The notes under the pieces: model-generated | The model's database searches: none | Told to the model about the DNA's origin: nothing | What the model saw: the letters and a program-made list of their open reading frames with translations, nothing else | NCBI GenBank assembly: GCA_046565645.1 | Contig: JBKHYD010000040.1 | Location: 71,785-135,784 of the forward strand | DNA length: 64,000 nucleotides | DNA from: Acidimicrobiia bacterium | GTDB lineage: Bacteria > Actinomycetota > Acidimicrobiia > Acidimicrobiales > VFJN01 | Direction of reading: 5' to 3' | Position numbers and translations under genes: made by a program | Part shown: positions 1 through 10,068 of the stretch, in pieces | Numbering within the stretch: the stretch's first letter is position 1 | Layout of the letters: every line of letters begins with the position of its first letter

Positions 1-1
1 T

Positions 2-829
2 CACCGCAAGGCCAAGTGGGTGGGGCGACGGCAGCTGGCACTGGTACAGCCAGGGGTCTTCCGGCTGGCCGGCGTGCCCGAGACCTGGCACCAGTCGCTC
101 ATGGCGACGGCGCTGGCCGCTGATGGGGTCGTCTCGCACCGGTCGGCGGCGGAGATGTGGGGCCTGATCCAGCCTGCTGGATACGTGGAGGTGTCCATCC
201 CCCCGAACCGGACGCCCCACCTCCGCCCACCCGCCGTTGCGCACCGCATCAAGGACCTCCACCCAGAGCTGGCGGTCGAGCGCGCTGGGCTCCGGATCAC
301 CGACCCCGTACGGACGGTCATCGACCTCGGGCTCGTGCTCTCGAAGCGAGAGGTGGGCGACGCCTTGAGCCGCGGCCTGAGCATCGGGCTCCTCACCGTC
401 ACCGAGGTCGAGCGCCTCCGCGATGCCCTGGGACGTCCCGGCCGCAACGGGACCGGTGTGGTGCGCCACATCCTCGAAGCTCGCTCCCTCCAGTCCGGTA
501 CGGAGGAGAGCCTGCTGGAGCGGCGGTTCCTCGACCTGGCCAGGCGAGCGGGCCTACCCGCGCCTGTCGTGCAGTACGAGGTGTGGGACAGCGGGCGCTT
601 CGTCGCTCGGATCGATGCCGCCTACCCGTCCCTGAAGATCGCGATCGAGGTGGACGGGTACGCGCCGCACAGCTCGCCGGAGGCGTTCCAGCGCGACCGA
701 ACCCGGCAGAACCGCCTGGTGGCCCTGGGTTGGACGGTCCTTCGCTTCACCTGGGACGACGTCGTCCGCCGGCCGACCGAGGTCGCTCGCATCATCGAGG
801 AGGCGATCCGCCGGGCGCCGGCTGCCTGA
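2..829 (+). CDS. DUF559 (Vsr-like endonuclease domain) protein, 5' end probably outside window
   Basis: ORF 20..829. The frame stays open back to base 2. The C-terminus IAIEVDGYAPHSSPEAFQRDRTRQNRLVALGWTVLRFTWDDV is the DUF559-type endonuclease signature. Confidence 0.75.
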   Translation, partial: HRKAKWVGRRQLALVQPGVFRLAGVPETWHQSLMATALAADGVVSHRSAAEMWGLIQPAGYVEVSIPPNRTPHLRPPAVAHRIKDLHPELAVERAGLRITDPVRTVIDLGLVLSKREVGDALSRGLSIGLLTVTEVERLRDALGRPGRNGTGVVRHILEARSLQSGTEESLLERRFLDLARRAGLPAPVVQYEVWDSGRFVARIDAAYPSLKIAIEVDGYAPHSSPEAFQRDRTRQNRLVALGWTVLRFTWDDVVRRPTEVARIIEEAIRRAPAA

Positions 830-830
830 C

Positions 831-886
831 CGACGTCTCTGTGGGATCTCGAGCCGTAGCGGCGCAAGACCACACACAGACGTTGT
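831..886. repeat. Hairpin repeat copy A (ACGTCTCTGTGGG ... GAGCCGTAGCGGCGCAAGA ... CCACACACAGACGT) between convergent genes
   Basis: Imperfect inverted repeat read directly. About 56 nt aligns closely with copy B at 21131..21181. Confidence 0.7.
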
Positions 887-2638
887 TCAGGGCGCGGGTG
901 GGGGGAGGACCTCGAGGGCCAGGTCTCGCAGCTGGGACGGGTCGACGGGGGTGGGGGCGCCGGTCATGGGGTCGACGCCGGACTGGGGCTTGGGGAACGC
1001 GATGACCTCGCGGATGTTCTCCTCGCCGGCCAGGATGGCGGCCAGGCGGTCGATGCCGAAGGCGAAGCCCCCGTGGGGCGGGGCGCCGTAGCGGAACGGC
1101 GTGAGGAAGAACCCGAAGCGGCGCTGCGCCTCCTCCTCGCCGATGCCGAGCAGGTCGAAGATGCGCTGCTGGAGGTCGGGCTCGTGGATCCGGATCGAGC
1201 CGGAGCCGAGCTCCCAGCCGTTGAGGACGAGGTCGTAGGCACGGGACCGCACCGACATCGGGTCCGCCTCGAGCTTGTCGAGGTCGTCGTCGTGCGGCCG
1301 GGTGAACGGGTGGTGGGCCGGCTTGGGCGTGCCGTCCTCGGACCGCCCCACGAACATCGGGAAGTCGACGACCCACACGTACCTGTACGGGCCCTCGTGG
1401 ACGGGGGGTCGGCCGAGGTCGTTGCGGAGGGTGCCGAGGACCTCGCAGGTGGTGTGCCAGTCGTCGGCCACCAGGAGCAGCAGGTCGCCCGCCTCGGCGG
1501 CGAAGGCGTCGACGAGGGCGGTCCGCTCCCGGTCGGAGAGGAACTTGGCCACCGGGCTGTCGAGGGCGCCGTCCTGGCCCACCCGCATCCAGACGAGGCC
1601 CTTGGCGCCCAGTCGCTTGGCGCGGTCGGTGAGGGCGTCGAGCTTGTTGCGGCCGAAGTCGTCCGAGGCGCCTGGGACGCGGAGGCCCTTGATGGCCTCG
1701 GCGGAGGCGAAGGCCTTGAACTCGGTGGACGAGAACACCGACGTGAGCTCGATCAGCTCGAGGGCGAAGCGCAGGTCCGGCTTGTCGGAGCCGTAGCGGT
1801 CCATCGCCTCGTGCCAGGTCAGGTGCGGGATCGGGTCCGGGCGCTCGCCGGTGACGGCCTCGGCGGCGGCGAGCACGGCCTCGGAGATGAAGGCCAGCAC
1901 CTCGTCCTGGGTGACGAAGGAGGCCTCGGCGTCGAGCTGCATGAACTCGTACTGACGGTCGGCCCGCAGGTCCTCGTCGCGCAGGCAGCGGGCGATCTGG
2001 TAGTAGCGATCGGTGCCGCCGACCATGAGCAGCTGCTTGAACAGCTGTGGCGACTGCGGGAGCGCGTAGAACGAGCCCGGCACCTGGCGGGAGGGCACGA
2101 GGAACTCCCGGGCCCCCTCCGGCGTGGAGGGCATGAGCATCGGGGTCTCCACCTCGACGAAGTCCTGGCGCTCCATGGCGGCCCGGATGGCCGAGTTGAC
2201 GGTCGCCCGGATGCGGAGGTTGCGCTGCATCCGCTCGCGTCGCAGGTCGAGGTAGCGGTGGCGGAGGCGGATCATCTCGTCGACGCCGTCGGCCCGGGCG
2301 TCGATCGGGAACGGGGGCGGTTCGGCCGTCGAGAGGACCTCGACGGCGCAGTCCCCCACCTCGATCTCGCCGGTGGCGAGGGCGTCGTTGGCGGTGCCCT
2401 CAGGACGGATCCGCACGGTGCCGGTGATGCGGACGACGTACTCGCTGCGCAGGTCGGCGGCGCCGTCGACCACGCACTGCACGACGCCCGTGTGGTCACG
2501 GAGGTCGATGAACGCGAGGTGCTCGCCGTGCTCCCGGCGGCGACCGACCCAGCCGCACAGGGCCACCTGCTCCCCTGCGTTCGCCGCCCGCAGCTCCCCG
2601 CAGCGGTGGGTGCGCATCGGCTCGGTCTGGTCGGGCAT
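887..2638 (-). CDS. aspS: Aspartyl-tRNA synthetase
   Basis: ORF 887..2701. Full-length class II AspRS-like sequence (RTHRCGELR..., FYALPQSPQLFKQLLMVGG, GGFAFGIDRL). Start trimmed to the ATG at 2638 (MPDQTEPMRTH). Confidence 0.95.
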   Translation of the reverse strand: MPDQTEPMRTHRCGELRAANAGEQVALCGWVGRRREHGEHLAFIDLRDHTGVVQCVVDGAADLRSEYVVRITGTVRIRPEGTANDALATGEIEVGDCAVEVLSTAEPPPFPIDARADGVDEMIRLRHRYLDLRRERMQRNLRIRATVNSAIRAAMERQDFVEVETPMLMPSTPEGAREFLVPSRQVPGSFYALPQSPQLFKQLLMVGGTDRYYQIARCLRDEDLRADRQYEFMQLDAEASFVTQDEVLAFISEAVLAAAEAVTGERPDPIPHLTWHEAMDRYGSDKPDLRFALELIELTSVFSSTEFKAFASAEAIKGLRVPGASDDFGRNKLDALTDRAKRLGAKGLVWMRVGQDGALDSPVAKFLSDRERTALVDAFAAEAGDLLLLVADDWHTTCEVLGTLRNDLGRPPVHEGPYRYVWVVDFPMFVGRSEDGTPKPAHHPFTRPHDDDLDKLEADPMSVRSRAYDLVLNGWELGSGSIRIHEPDLQQRIFDLLGIGEEEAQRRFGFFLTPFRYGAPPHGGFAFGIDRLAAILAGEENIREVIAFPKPQSGVDPMTGAPTPVDPSQLRDLALEVLPPPAP

Positions 2639-2725
2639 CACGGGTCCTCGGGTCGGGGGGCGGGGCCCACCACGATCCCACGTGGCGACGGCGGCTCCCA
2701 ACGTGATGCGGGACCACCCCGCCGG

Positions 2726-3988
2726 TCAGCCGTCGAGGAGGCGACGGGCGTGGGCGACCACGTCGGCGAGCGCCACCGAGGTCTGCTCCCCCGCGTCGAG
2801 GTCGCGCACCGCGGCGGTGCCGGCGGCGCGCTCGTCTTCGCCGACGATGACCGCGACGCGCGCCGACCGCTTGGACGCCGCCTTCATCTGCGCCTTCATC
2901 GAGCGCCGGTCGAACGCCCGGTCGGCGCTCAGCCCCGCCGCCCGCAGCGCGTGGGTGAGCGTGACCGCGACCGAACCGTCGGTGACGTCCACCACGAACA
3001 CGTCGAGCCGGCGCTCGGGAGGGCCGAAGACGCCCTCCGCGTCACAGGTGAGGAGCACCCGCTCGATCCCGGATCCGAACCCGATGCCGGGGGTGGGCGG
3101 CCCGCCCAGCTGCTCGATCAGCCCGTCGTAGCGCCCCCCTCCCAGGATCGTGGACTGGGCGTTGCCGAGCGCGGAGCTCTGGAACTCGAAGAGCGTGTGG
3201 GTGTAGTAGTCGAGCCCCCGGACGAGCGTCTCGTCCACCTCGAAGTCGATCCCGAGGGAGCGGAGGCCGGCCTGGACCCGCTCTGCGTGAGCGATCGACG
3301 GGCCGTCCAGCGCCTCGGCCATGCGGGGCGCGTCGACGAGCACGGCGCGGGTCTCCTCCCGCTTCGAGTCGAGGACCCGCAGCGGGTGCGAGTCGATCTT
3401 CACGGCGTCGTCCGGCGCCAGGTCGCCGGCGCGCCCACGCAGCCAGGCCTGGAGCACCGAGGCGTAGGTGCTGCGGTCCTCGGGCGTGCCCATGAAGTTG
3501 ACGACCAGGCGCCACCGGCGCAGCCCCAGGGCACGCAGGTAGGCGTGGCCGAGCGCGATCACCTCGACGTCCACGTCGGGATCCCCCGAGCCGATGCACT
3601 CCACGCCGACCTGGTGGTGCTGGCGCAGCCGCCCGGCCTGGGGACGCTCGTACCGGAAGGCGGGGGTGGCGTACCAGACCTTCCAGGGCACGTCGGGACG
3701 GTGCTCGACGAAGGCCCGCGCCACCGGCGCGGTGCCCTCGGGGCGCAGCGCGACGTGGCGACCTCCCTTGTCCTCGAAGTCGTACATCTCCTTCGTGACC
3801 ACGTCGGTGCCCTCGCCGAGGCGCTGGAACACGCCGATGTCCTCGAACATCGGGGACTGGACGAGCCCGTAGCCGTGGCGCCGCGCCACCTCGGCGAAGA
3901 CGGCGATGAGCGCCTCCCAGCGGGCCGATTCGGGGGGCAGCACGTCCTGGGTGCCCTTCGGCGCGCGGAAGTCGGCTCGACCTGACAC
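2726..3988 (-). CDS. hisS: Histidyl-tRNA synthetase
   Basis: 420-aa ORF. FRAPKGTQDVLP, YERPQAGRLRQHHQVGVE and GGGRYDGL are typical HisRS motifs. Confidence 0.95.
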   Translation of the reverse strand: MSGRADFRAPKGTQDVLPPESARWEALIAVFAEVARRHGYGLVQSPMFEDIGVFQRLGEGTDVVTKEMYDFEDKGGRHVALRPEGTAPVARAFVEHRPDVPWKVWYATPAFRYERPQAGRLRQHHQVGVECIGSGDPDVDVEVIALGHAYLRALGLRRWRLVVNFMGTPEDRSTYASVLQAWLRGRAGDLAPDDAVKIDSHPLRVLDSKREETRAVLVDAPRMAEALDGPSIAHAERVQAGLRSLGIDFEVDETLVRGLDYYTHTLFEFQSSALGNAQSTILGGGRYDGLIEQLGGPPTPGIGFGSGIERVLLTCDAEGVFGPPERRLDVFVVDVTDGSVAVTLTHALRAAGLSADRAFDRRSMKAQMKAASKRSARVAVIVGEDERAAGTAAVRDLDAGEQTSVALADVVAHARRLLDG

Positions 3989-4154
3989 GAGGGGCGAGGC
4001 TACCGGAGCCCCTGCCTGACCCGAACCGGCTTCGCCGGAACCCCACGCCGGCGGCCGTCGCCGTCCCCGTGGGCGAGGCTGCCCGGGAGGACCATCGCCG
4101 GCACGGCGGCCTCGGGGCGCTCGCCCGCCGGTCGGGGCGGCTGGCCGGCGGCGG

Positions 4155-4535
4155 CTACCGCACGCCGAGCAGGTCGACGACGAACACGAGGGTCTCGTCC
4201 GGGCCGATCACGCCCCCGGCGCCTTGGCGCCCGTAGGCGAGCTTCGGGGGGATCACGATGCGACGGCGGCCGCCCACCTTCATCCCGGCCACCCCCTCGT
4301 CCCACCCCTTGATGACCTGGCCGGCACCGAGGCCGAACGAGAACGTCTCGCCGCGGTCCCACGAGGCGTCGAACTGCTGGCGGGTGCGCCACGACACGCC
4401 GACGTAGTGCACCTCGACCTGGCTGCCGGCGGTGGCCTCGGTGCCGTCGCCGACCTCGAGATCCTCGGTGACCAGCTCACCCGGCGGAGCCTCGCCGGCG
4501 GGCACGTACACGTGGGGCTTGTCGTCTGCGGGCAT
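4155..4535 (-). CDS. FKBP-type peptidyl-prolyl cis-trans isomerase
   Basis: 126 aa. VHYVGV...GQQFDASWDRGETFSFGLGAGQVIKGWDEGVAGMKVGGRRRIVIPP is an FKBP core. Confidence 0.9.
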   Translation of the reverse strand: MPADDKPHVYVPAGEAPPGELVTEDLEVGDGTEATAGSQVEVHYVGVSWRTRQQFDASWDRGETFSFGLGAGQVIKGWDEGVAGMKVGGRRRIVIPPKLAYGRQGAGGVIGPDETLVFVVDLLGVR

Positions 4536-4572
4536 CCGGCGAACCTACACCGCTCCCCTACGCTGCCCACCC

Positions 4573-6672
4573 ATGTCGCCCTCGCCCCCCGTCGCCCCTC
4601 GTCGCCCCGTCACCCTCTCCGCCCACGGCGACGATCGGGTCGACGAGTGGCACTGGCTGCGCAGCGACGACCGCTCCGACCCCGAGGTGCTCGCCCACCT
4701 CGAGGCGGAGAACGAGTACGTGAAGGAGGCCCTCGCCCACACCGAGGACCTGCAGGAGGCGCTGTTCGCCGAGATGCGGGCTCGCATCAAGGAGACCGAC
4801 CTCTCGGTCCCGTTCCGCAAGGGCGCCCGGTGGTACTTCAGCCGCACGATCGAGGGCCAGCAGTACCCGGTCCTGTGCCGCACCGCGGTCGAGCCGCCCG
4901 CCGACCTGCCGGCCACCGAGCCGGTCCCCGGCGAGGAGGTGGTGCTCGACCTCAACGTGCTGGCCGGCGACAGCGACTACTTCGCGATGGGCGCCTACGA
5001 CGTGTCGCCCTCACAGGACCTCGTCCTCTACTCCACCGACCACGACGGGTCGGAGCGCTACGCCATGCGGCTGCGGGACCTCCGCACGGGCGAGGACCTC
5101 CCCGACGTCATCCCGGAGACCACCTACGGGACGGGCTGGGCCGGCGACGCCACGTTCTTCTACGTGCGCCAGGACGAAGCCATGCGCCCCCACCAGGTCT
5201 GGCGCCACACCGTAGGCACCGACCCGGCCGACGACGTGCTCGTCTACGAGGACCCCGACGACCGCTTCTTCGTGTCGGTGGGACTGAGCCTCACCGAGCA
5301 GTGGGTCCAGATCACCTCGGCGTCCAAGGTCACCAGCGAGGAGCACCTCATCCCGGCCGGGGACCCCGCCGCCGCCCCGCGCTGCGTGCAGCCCCGGGAG
5401 CAGGGCGTGGAGTACGACGTCACCCACGCCCCCACGCCGGACGAGGACCGCTTGCTCATCCTCACCAACGCCGGCGGCGCGGTGAACTTCGAGCTGGTCA
5501 GCGCCCCCGTCGCCACCCCCGGACGGGACCACTGGACGACGGTCGTCCCCCATCGGCCCGATGTGAAGCTCGAGGGGGTCACCGCGTTCGCCGACCACGT
5601 CGTGCGCTACGAGCGCCGCGAGGGCGTCCGCCGGATCGTGGTCACCTCCTACCGCGACGGCACCGAGCGCGAGCTCGAGATGCCCGAGCCCGTCTACGAC
5701 ACGTCCCCCGCCACCAACGCCGAGTTCGAGACCTCGTCGCTGCGGTTCACCTACACGTCGCTGGTCACCCCGACCACGGTCTACGAGGAGGACCTCGCCA
5801 CCGGGGTGCGATCGCAGCTGAAGCAGACCGAGGTGGTCGGCGGCCACGACCCCTCCGCCTACGAGACGGGCCGGCTCTGGGCCACCGCGCCCGACGGCAC
5901 CCAGGTGCCGATCTCGTACGTGCACCGGGCCGGCATCGAGCACGACGGCCGCGCACCCTGCCTCCTCTACGGGTACGGCTCGTACGAGGCGTGCATGGAT
6001 CCGACGTTCTCGATCCTGCGCCTCTCGCTCCTCGACCGGGGGTTCGTGTTCGCGATCGCCCACGTCCGCGGCGGCGGCGAGCTCGGTCGCCCGTGGTACG
6101 ACGACGGCAAGGAGCTGCGCAAGGCCAACACCTTCACCGACTTCATCGCCTGCGCCGAGCACCTCGTGGCCGAGGGGTTCACCCGCCCGGACCGCCTGGT
6201 GGCCCGGGGCGGGTCGGCGGGCGGGATGCTGATGGGAGCCGTGGCCAACCTCCGACCCGACCTCTTCGCCGCCATCGTGGCCGAGGTGCCCTTCGTGGAC
6301 TGCCTCACCACGATCCTCGACGAGACCCTGCCGCTCACCGTGACGGAGTGGGAGGAGTGGGGCAACCCGGTGGCGGACCCCGAGGTGTACGCCTACATGA
6401 AGTCCTACAGCCCCTACGACAACGTCGGACCCAGGCCCTACCCGTCCATCCTCGCCACCGCCGGCCTGAACGACCCCCGCGTGTCCTACTGGGAGCCGGC
6501 CAAGTGGGTGCAGAAGCTGCGGGCCAGCACCACCAGCGGTCGGCCCGTGTACCTCAAGACGGAGCTGGGCGCCGGCCACCAGGGCCCGTCGGGCCGCTAC
6601 GACACCTGGAAGGACGAGGCGTTCGTCTTCGCGTTCGTCCTCGACGCCCTCGGGCTGGTCGAGCGCAGCTAG
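4573..6672 (+). CDS. Oligopeptidase B / prolyl oligopeptidase family S9A serine peptidase
   Basis: ORF 4432..6672. N-terminal beta-propeller region plus C-terminal catalytic domain with GGSAGGMLMG (nucleophile elbow). Start set at the ATG at 4573 (MSPSPPVAPRRP). Confidence 0.9.
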   Translation: MSPSPPVAPRRPVTLSAHGDDRVDEWHWLRSDDRSDPEVLAHLEAENEYVKEALAHTEDLQEALFAEMRARIKETDLSVPFRKGARWYFSRTIEGQQYPVLCRTAVEPPADLPATEPVPGEEVVLDLNVLAGDSDYFAMGAYDVSPSQDLVLYSTDHDGSERYAMRLRDLRTGEDLPDVIPETTYGTGWAGDATFFYVRQDEAMRPHQVWRHTVGTDPADDVLVYEDPDDRFFVSVGLSLTEQWVQITSASKVTSEEHLIPAGDPAAAPRCVQPREQGVEYDVTHAPTPDEDRLLILTNAGGAVNFELVSAPVATPGRDHWTTVVPHRPDVKLEGVTAFADHVVRYERREGVRRIVVTSYRDGTERELEMPEPVYDTSPATNAEFETSSLRFTYTSLVTPTTVYEEDLATGVRSQLKQTEVVGGHDPSAYETGRLWATAPDGTQVPISYVHRAGIEHDGRAPCLLYGYGSYEACMDPTFSILRLSLLDRGFVFAIAHVRGGGELGRPWYDDGKELRKANTFTDFIACAEHLVAEGFTRPDRLVARGGSAGGMLMGAVANLRPDLFAAIVAEVPFVDCLTTILDETLPLTVTEWEEWGNPVADPEVYAYMKSYSPYDNVGPRPYPSILATAGLNDPRVSYWEPAKWVQKLRASTTSGRPVYLKTELGAGHQGPSGRYDTWKDEAFVFAFVLDALGLVERS

Positions 6673-6704
6673 GCGCCGACCGGAGGCGACGACGTGGGGA
6701 CGGC

Positions 6705-8936
6705 TCAGCCGCCCTTGCCGGGCACGACCCGATAGGCCTCGTACACGCTGTCGATCCCACGGATCGTGCTGAGCAGCGCGTCGAGGTGGCCGGGATCGGC
6801 GAGCTCGAACTCGAAGCGCATCTTCGACACCCGATCGGCCCCGGTGTGGGTGGACGAGCTGAGGATGTTGACGTGGTGGTCGCTGAGCGCCGACGCCACG
6901 TCTCGCAAGAGGCGCCCCCGGTCGAGGGCCTTGATCTCCACCGTGGCCACGAAGGTTCCCTCGTGCACCTCGTCCCACTCCACGTCGATGACCCGGTCTC
7001 CCTGCCCTCCGGCCAGGGACACCGCGTTGGCGCAGTCCGCCCGGTGGACGGACACGCCCCGGCCCCGGGTGACGAAGCCCAGGATCTCGTCGCCCGGCAC
7101 GGGCGTGCAGCAGCGCGACAGGCGGACCATCACGTCGTCCAGGCCCTCGACGTGGACGCCGGCCGCCGGTCGGCGCTTCGAGCTGGGCCGGCGGGGCTGG
7201 CGCATGGTGCGCGCCAGCACCTCGTCCTCGGTGGCCGGGTCGACCTCGCGGACGCGCTTGGCCACCCTGGCCGCCACGGCCTTGGCCGACACGTGGTTCT
7301 CCCCCACCGCGGCGTGGAGCGCGTCGAGGTCGACGTAGTTGAGCTCCTTGGCCACCTCGTGGAGGACGTGGCCCTGGGCGATCTTCTGGACCGGCAGCCC
7401 CTCCCGGCGCATGGCCTTGACGAGCTCGTCCCGGCCCGTGTCGACCGCGTCCTCGCGCCGCTCCCGGGAGAACCAGTGCCGGATCTTGGACGCGGCTCGG
7501 GGCGTCGCCACGATGTGGAGCCAGTCCCGCGAGGGGCCGGCCCCCTCCACCTTCGAGGTGAACACCTCGACCGAGTCACCGCTGCTGAGCTTGGTGTCGA
7601 GCGACACGAGCCGCCCGTTGACGCGTGCGCCGATGCAGGCGTGGCCCACCTCGGTGTGGATGGCGTAGGCGAAGTCGATGGGCGTGGACCCGGCGGCCAA
7701 GGTGACGACCTGGCCCTTTGGCGTGAAGACGAAGACCTCGTCCTGCTCGAGGTCGATCTTGAGGTTCTGCATGAACTGGTCGGGGTCCGACGTCTCGGAC
7801 TGCCAGTCGATGATCCGGTTGAGCCAGGTCACGTCGGGCTCGTGGTGGCCGTTCTGGTCCTTGTACTGCCAGTGGGCCGCCACCCCCTGCTCGGCCCGGC
7901 TGTGCATCTCCCAGGTGCGGATCTGGACCTCGAGGGGCTTGCCCTGCGGGCCCACCACCGTGGTGTGCAGGGACTGGTAGAGGTTGAACTTGGGCATCGC
8001 GATGTAGTCCTTGAAGCGGCCCTGCACCGGCTTCCAGGTGGCGTGGATGGAGCCGAGGGCGGCGTAGCAGTCCTTCACCGAGTCCACGATGACCCGGATG
8101 CCCACCAGGTCGTGGATGTCGGTGAACTCGCGGCCCTTGACGACCATCTTCTCGTAGATGGAGTAGATGTGCTTCGGCCGTCCGGTGACCTCGGCGTTGA
8201 TCCGCAGCTCGGCCAGGCGCTCCCGGACCTGCTCCAGCACCTGGGTGAGGTACAGGTCTCGCTCCGGAGCCCGCGTGGCCACCATGTGGTCGATCTCGGC
8301 GTAGCGCTTCGGGTGCATCGCCGCGAAGGAGAGGTCCTCGAGCTCTTGGCGGACCTCCTGCATGCCGAGCCGGTGGGCCAGGGGGGCATAGATGTCGAGC
8401 GTCTCCCGAGCGGTTCGCTCCTGCTTCCAGGCCGGCATGGCGGCCAGGGTGCGCATGTTGTGGAGCCGGTCGGACAGCTTGATGATCAGGACCCGGAGGT
8501 CCTTGGCCATCGCCACCAGCATCTTGCGCATCGAGGCCGCCTGCTGGGCCTCCTTGGTGTCGAAGTTGACCCGGTCGAGCTTCGTGACGCCGTCCACGAT
8601 GGCGGCCACGTCCGGGCCGAAGTCGGCCTCGAGGTCCTCCAGCGAGACGCCGGTGTCCTCCACGGCGTCGTGCAGCAGGGCGGCCGCCACCGTGACGTCG
8701 TCGAGGCCCAACGTGGCCACGATCCTCGCCACCGCGAGCGGGTGCTGGATGTACGGCTCCCCTGACGCCCGGGTCTGGGCCCGGTGGGCGTCGGCCGACG
8801 CCAGGTAGGCGCGGGTGATCAGCCCGGTGGGAGCCTTGGGGTGACGGGCCCGGTAGGCCTGGATGAGGGGCGCGACCTCGTCCGCCGGCGGGCGCTCGTG
8901 GCGGCGCCAGGGCAGGACCCGGTCGACGGTGGGCAC
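6705..8936 (-). CDS. relA: Bifunctional (p)ppGpp synthetase/hydrolase RelA/SpoT homolog
   Basis: 743 aa with an HD hydrolase region (HPLAVARIV...LHDAVEDT), a synthetase region (YRSLHTTV-like YQSLHTTVVGP), and TGS and ACT-like C-terminal regions. Confidence 0.95.
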   Translation of the reverse strand: MPTVDRVLPWRRHERPPADEVAPLIQAYRARHPKAPTGLITRAYLASADAHRAQTRASGEPYIQHPLAVARIVATLGLDDVTVAAALLHDAVEDTGVSLEDLEADFGPDVAAIVDGVTKLDRVNFDTKEAQQAASMRKMLVAMAKDLRVLIIKLSDRLHNMRTLAAMPAWKQERTARETLDIYAPLAHRLGMQEVRQELEDLSFAAMHPKRYAEIDHMVATRAPERDLYLTQVLEQVRERLAELRINAEVTGRPKHIYSIYEKMVVKGREFTDIHDLVGIRVIVDSVKDCYAALGSIHATWKPVQGRFKDYIAMPKFNLYQSLHTTVVGPQGKPLEVQIRTWEMHSRAEQGVAAHWQYKDQNGHHEPDVTWLNRIIDWQSETSDPDQFMQNLKIDLEQDEVFVFTPKGQVVTLAAGSTPIDFAYAIHTEVGHACIGARVNGRLVSLDTKLSSGDSVEVFTSKVEGAGPSRDWLHIVATPRAASKIRHWFSRERREDAVDTGRDELVKAMRREGLPVQKIAQGHVLHEVAKELNYVDLDALHAAVGENHVSAKAVAARVAKRVREVDPATEDEVLARTMRQPRRPSSKRRPAAGVHVEGLDDVMVRLSRCCTPVPGDEILGFVTRGRGVSVHRADCANAVSLAGGQGDRVIDVEWDEVHEGTFVATVEIKALDRGRLLRDVASALSDHHVNILSSSTHTGADRVSKMRFEFELADPGHLDALLSTIRGIDSVYEAYRVVPGKGG

Positions 8937-8964
8937 GGCCTCAGGCTACCGAGGGGCCGTCGCG

Positions 8965-10068
8965 CTAGCGCCGCTTGCCCTTCTTGCGGGGCCGGGGCGG
9001 GATGGGCCGACCCGACAGCGACGGGGCCTGACCCGGGGTGACCGACCGCTTCGGGGTGGAGGCGGCCCGGGGCGCGGCAGCCGGGACCGACGGGAGCGGG
9101 TCCAGGACCGGGCCCCCGCGGCCCGTGACGCGGGCACGGATCTCCCGGTACCGGGGCTCCCGCTCCTTCAGCCAGACCGTGACCGGGGTGGCGATGAAGA
9201 TGGACGAGAAGGCACCCACCACGATGCCGACGGTGAGGGCGAGGGCGAACTCCTGCAGCGACGCGGCGCCCATGAGGTTGGCGCCGATGACGAGCATCGC
9301 CACCACCGGGAGCAGGGCGGTGATGGTGGTGTTGATGGAGCGCATCAGCACCTGGTTGAGCGACAGGCTGGCGATCGACGTGTAGGTGAGCTTCCCCGAC
9401 GGGCCGACCTTGGCACCGTTCTCCTGCATTCGGTCGAACACGACGATCGTGTCGTACAGCGAGTAGCCGAGGATCGTGAGGAAGGCGATGACGGTGGCCG
9501 GGGTGACCTCGATCTGGAGGAGCGCGTAGAAGCCGACGGCGATGATCAGGTCATGGGCGACCGAGGCCAGGGCCCCCACCGCCATCTTCCACTCGAGCCG
9601 CCAGGCGATGTACGCCGTGACGACGACGAAGAACCAGATGAGCGCCCGCTCGGCCTTCTCGGTGACCTGGTCCCCCCACGAGGGCCCGACGGTGGACACG
9701 CTCACATCGGCCGGTTCGACGCCGGCGGCTTCCGCCAGCGCCGCCGTGACCTCGTCCTGGGTGTCGAGGTCGTCGATGCGGGACTGGACGCGCACGACCC
9801 GCGTGTCCCCCCGTCCGATGACCTGGATCTTGGCGCCTTCCTGGTTGGTGCCGGCCAGCGTGCTGCGGACGTCGTCGACCTCGAGGGTGCGGCTGGGGAC
9901 GTCCCACGAGGTGCCCCCCTCGAAGTCGAGCCCCAGGTTGAGCCCTCGGGACACGAGGGCCCCGAGGCACACGAGCATCACGAGCAACGAGGCGGTGGTG
10001 CCGACCTTCCAGACGCGGCGGAAGTCGATGTCGTCGTCGAAGGACCGGATGCGGGTGAAGGCGCTCAC
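8965..10068 (-). CDS. secF: Protein translocase subunit SecF
   Basis: C-terminal part of ORF 8965..10914 (GLNLGLDFEGGTSW..., six TM segments). GTG start at 10068 overlaps the secD stop in a GTGA junction. Confidence 0.9.
   Translation of the reverse strand: MSAFTRIRSFDDDIDFRRVWKVGTTASLLVMLVCLGALVSRGLNLGLDFEGGTSWDVPSRTLEVDDVRSTLAGTNQEGAKIQVIGRGDTRVVRVQSRIDDLDTQDEVTAALAEAAGVEPADVSVSTVGPSWGDQVTEKAERALIWFFVVVTAYIAWRLEWKMAVGALASVAHDLIIAVGFYALLQIEVTPATVIAFLTILGYSLYDTIVVFDRMQENGAKVGPSGKLTYTSIASLSLNQVLMRSINTTITALLPVVAMLVIGANLMGAASLQEFALALTVGIVVGAFSSIFIATPVTVWLKEREPRYREIRARVTGRGGPVLDPLPSVPAAAPRAASTPKRSVTPGQAPSLSGRPIPPRPRKKGKRR

Noticed and set aside
1073-3985. 970-aa ORF antisense to aspS and hisS
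   Set aside because: Shadow ORF. Gly/Val/Glu/Asp/Arg-rich composition with no motifs. It spans two well-supported aaRS genes on the other strand.
4224-8765. 1513-aa ORF on the plus strand
   Set aside because: It runs antisense to relA and in an alternative frame of the oligopeptidase gene. The Arg/Gly/Pro/His-rich, low-complexity translation is typical of stop-free shadow frames in very high-GC DNA. The real genes here have clear family motifs.
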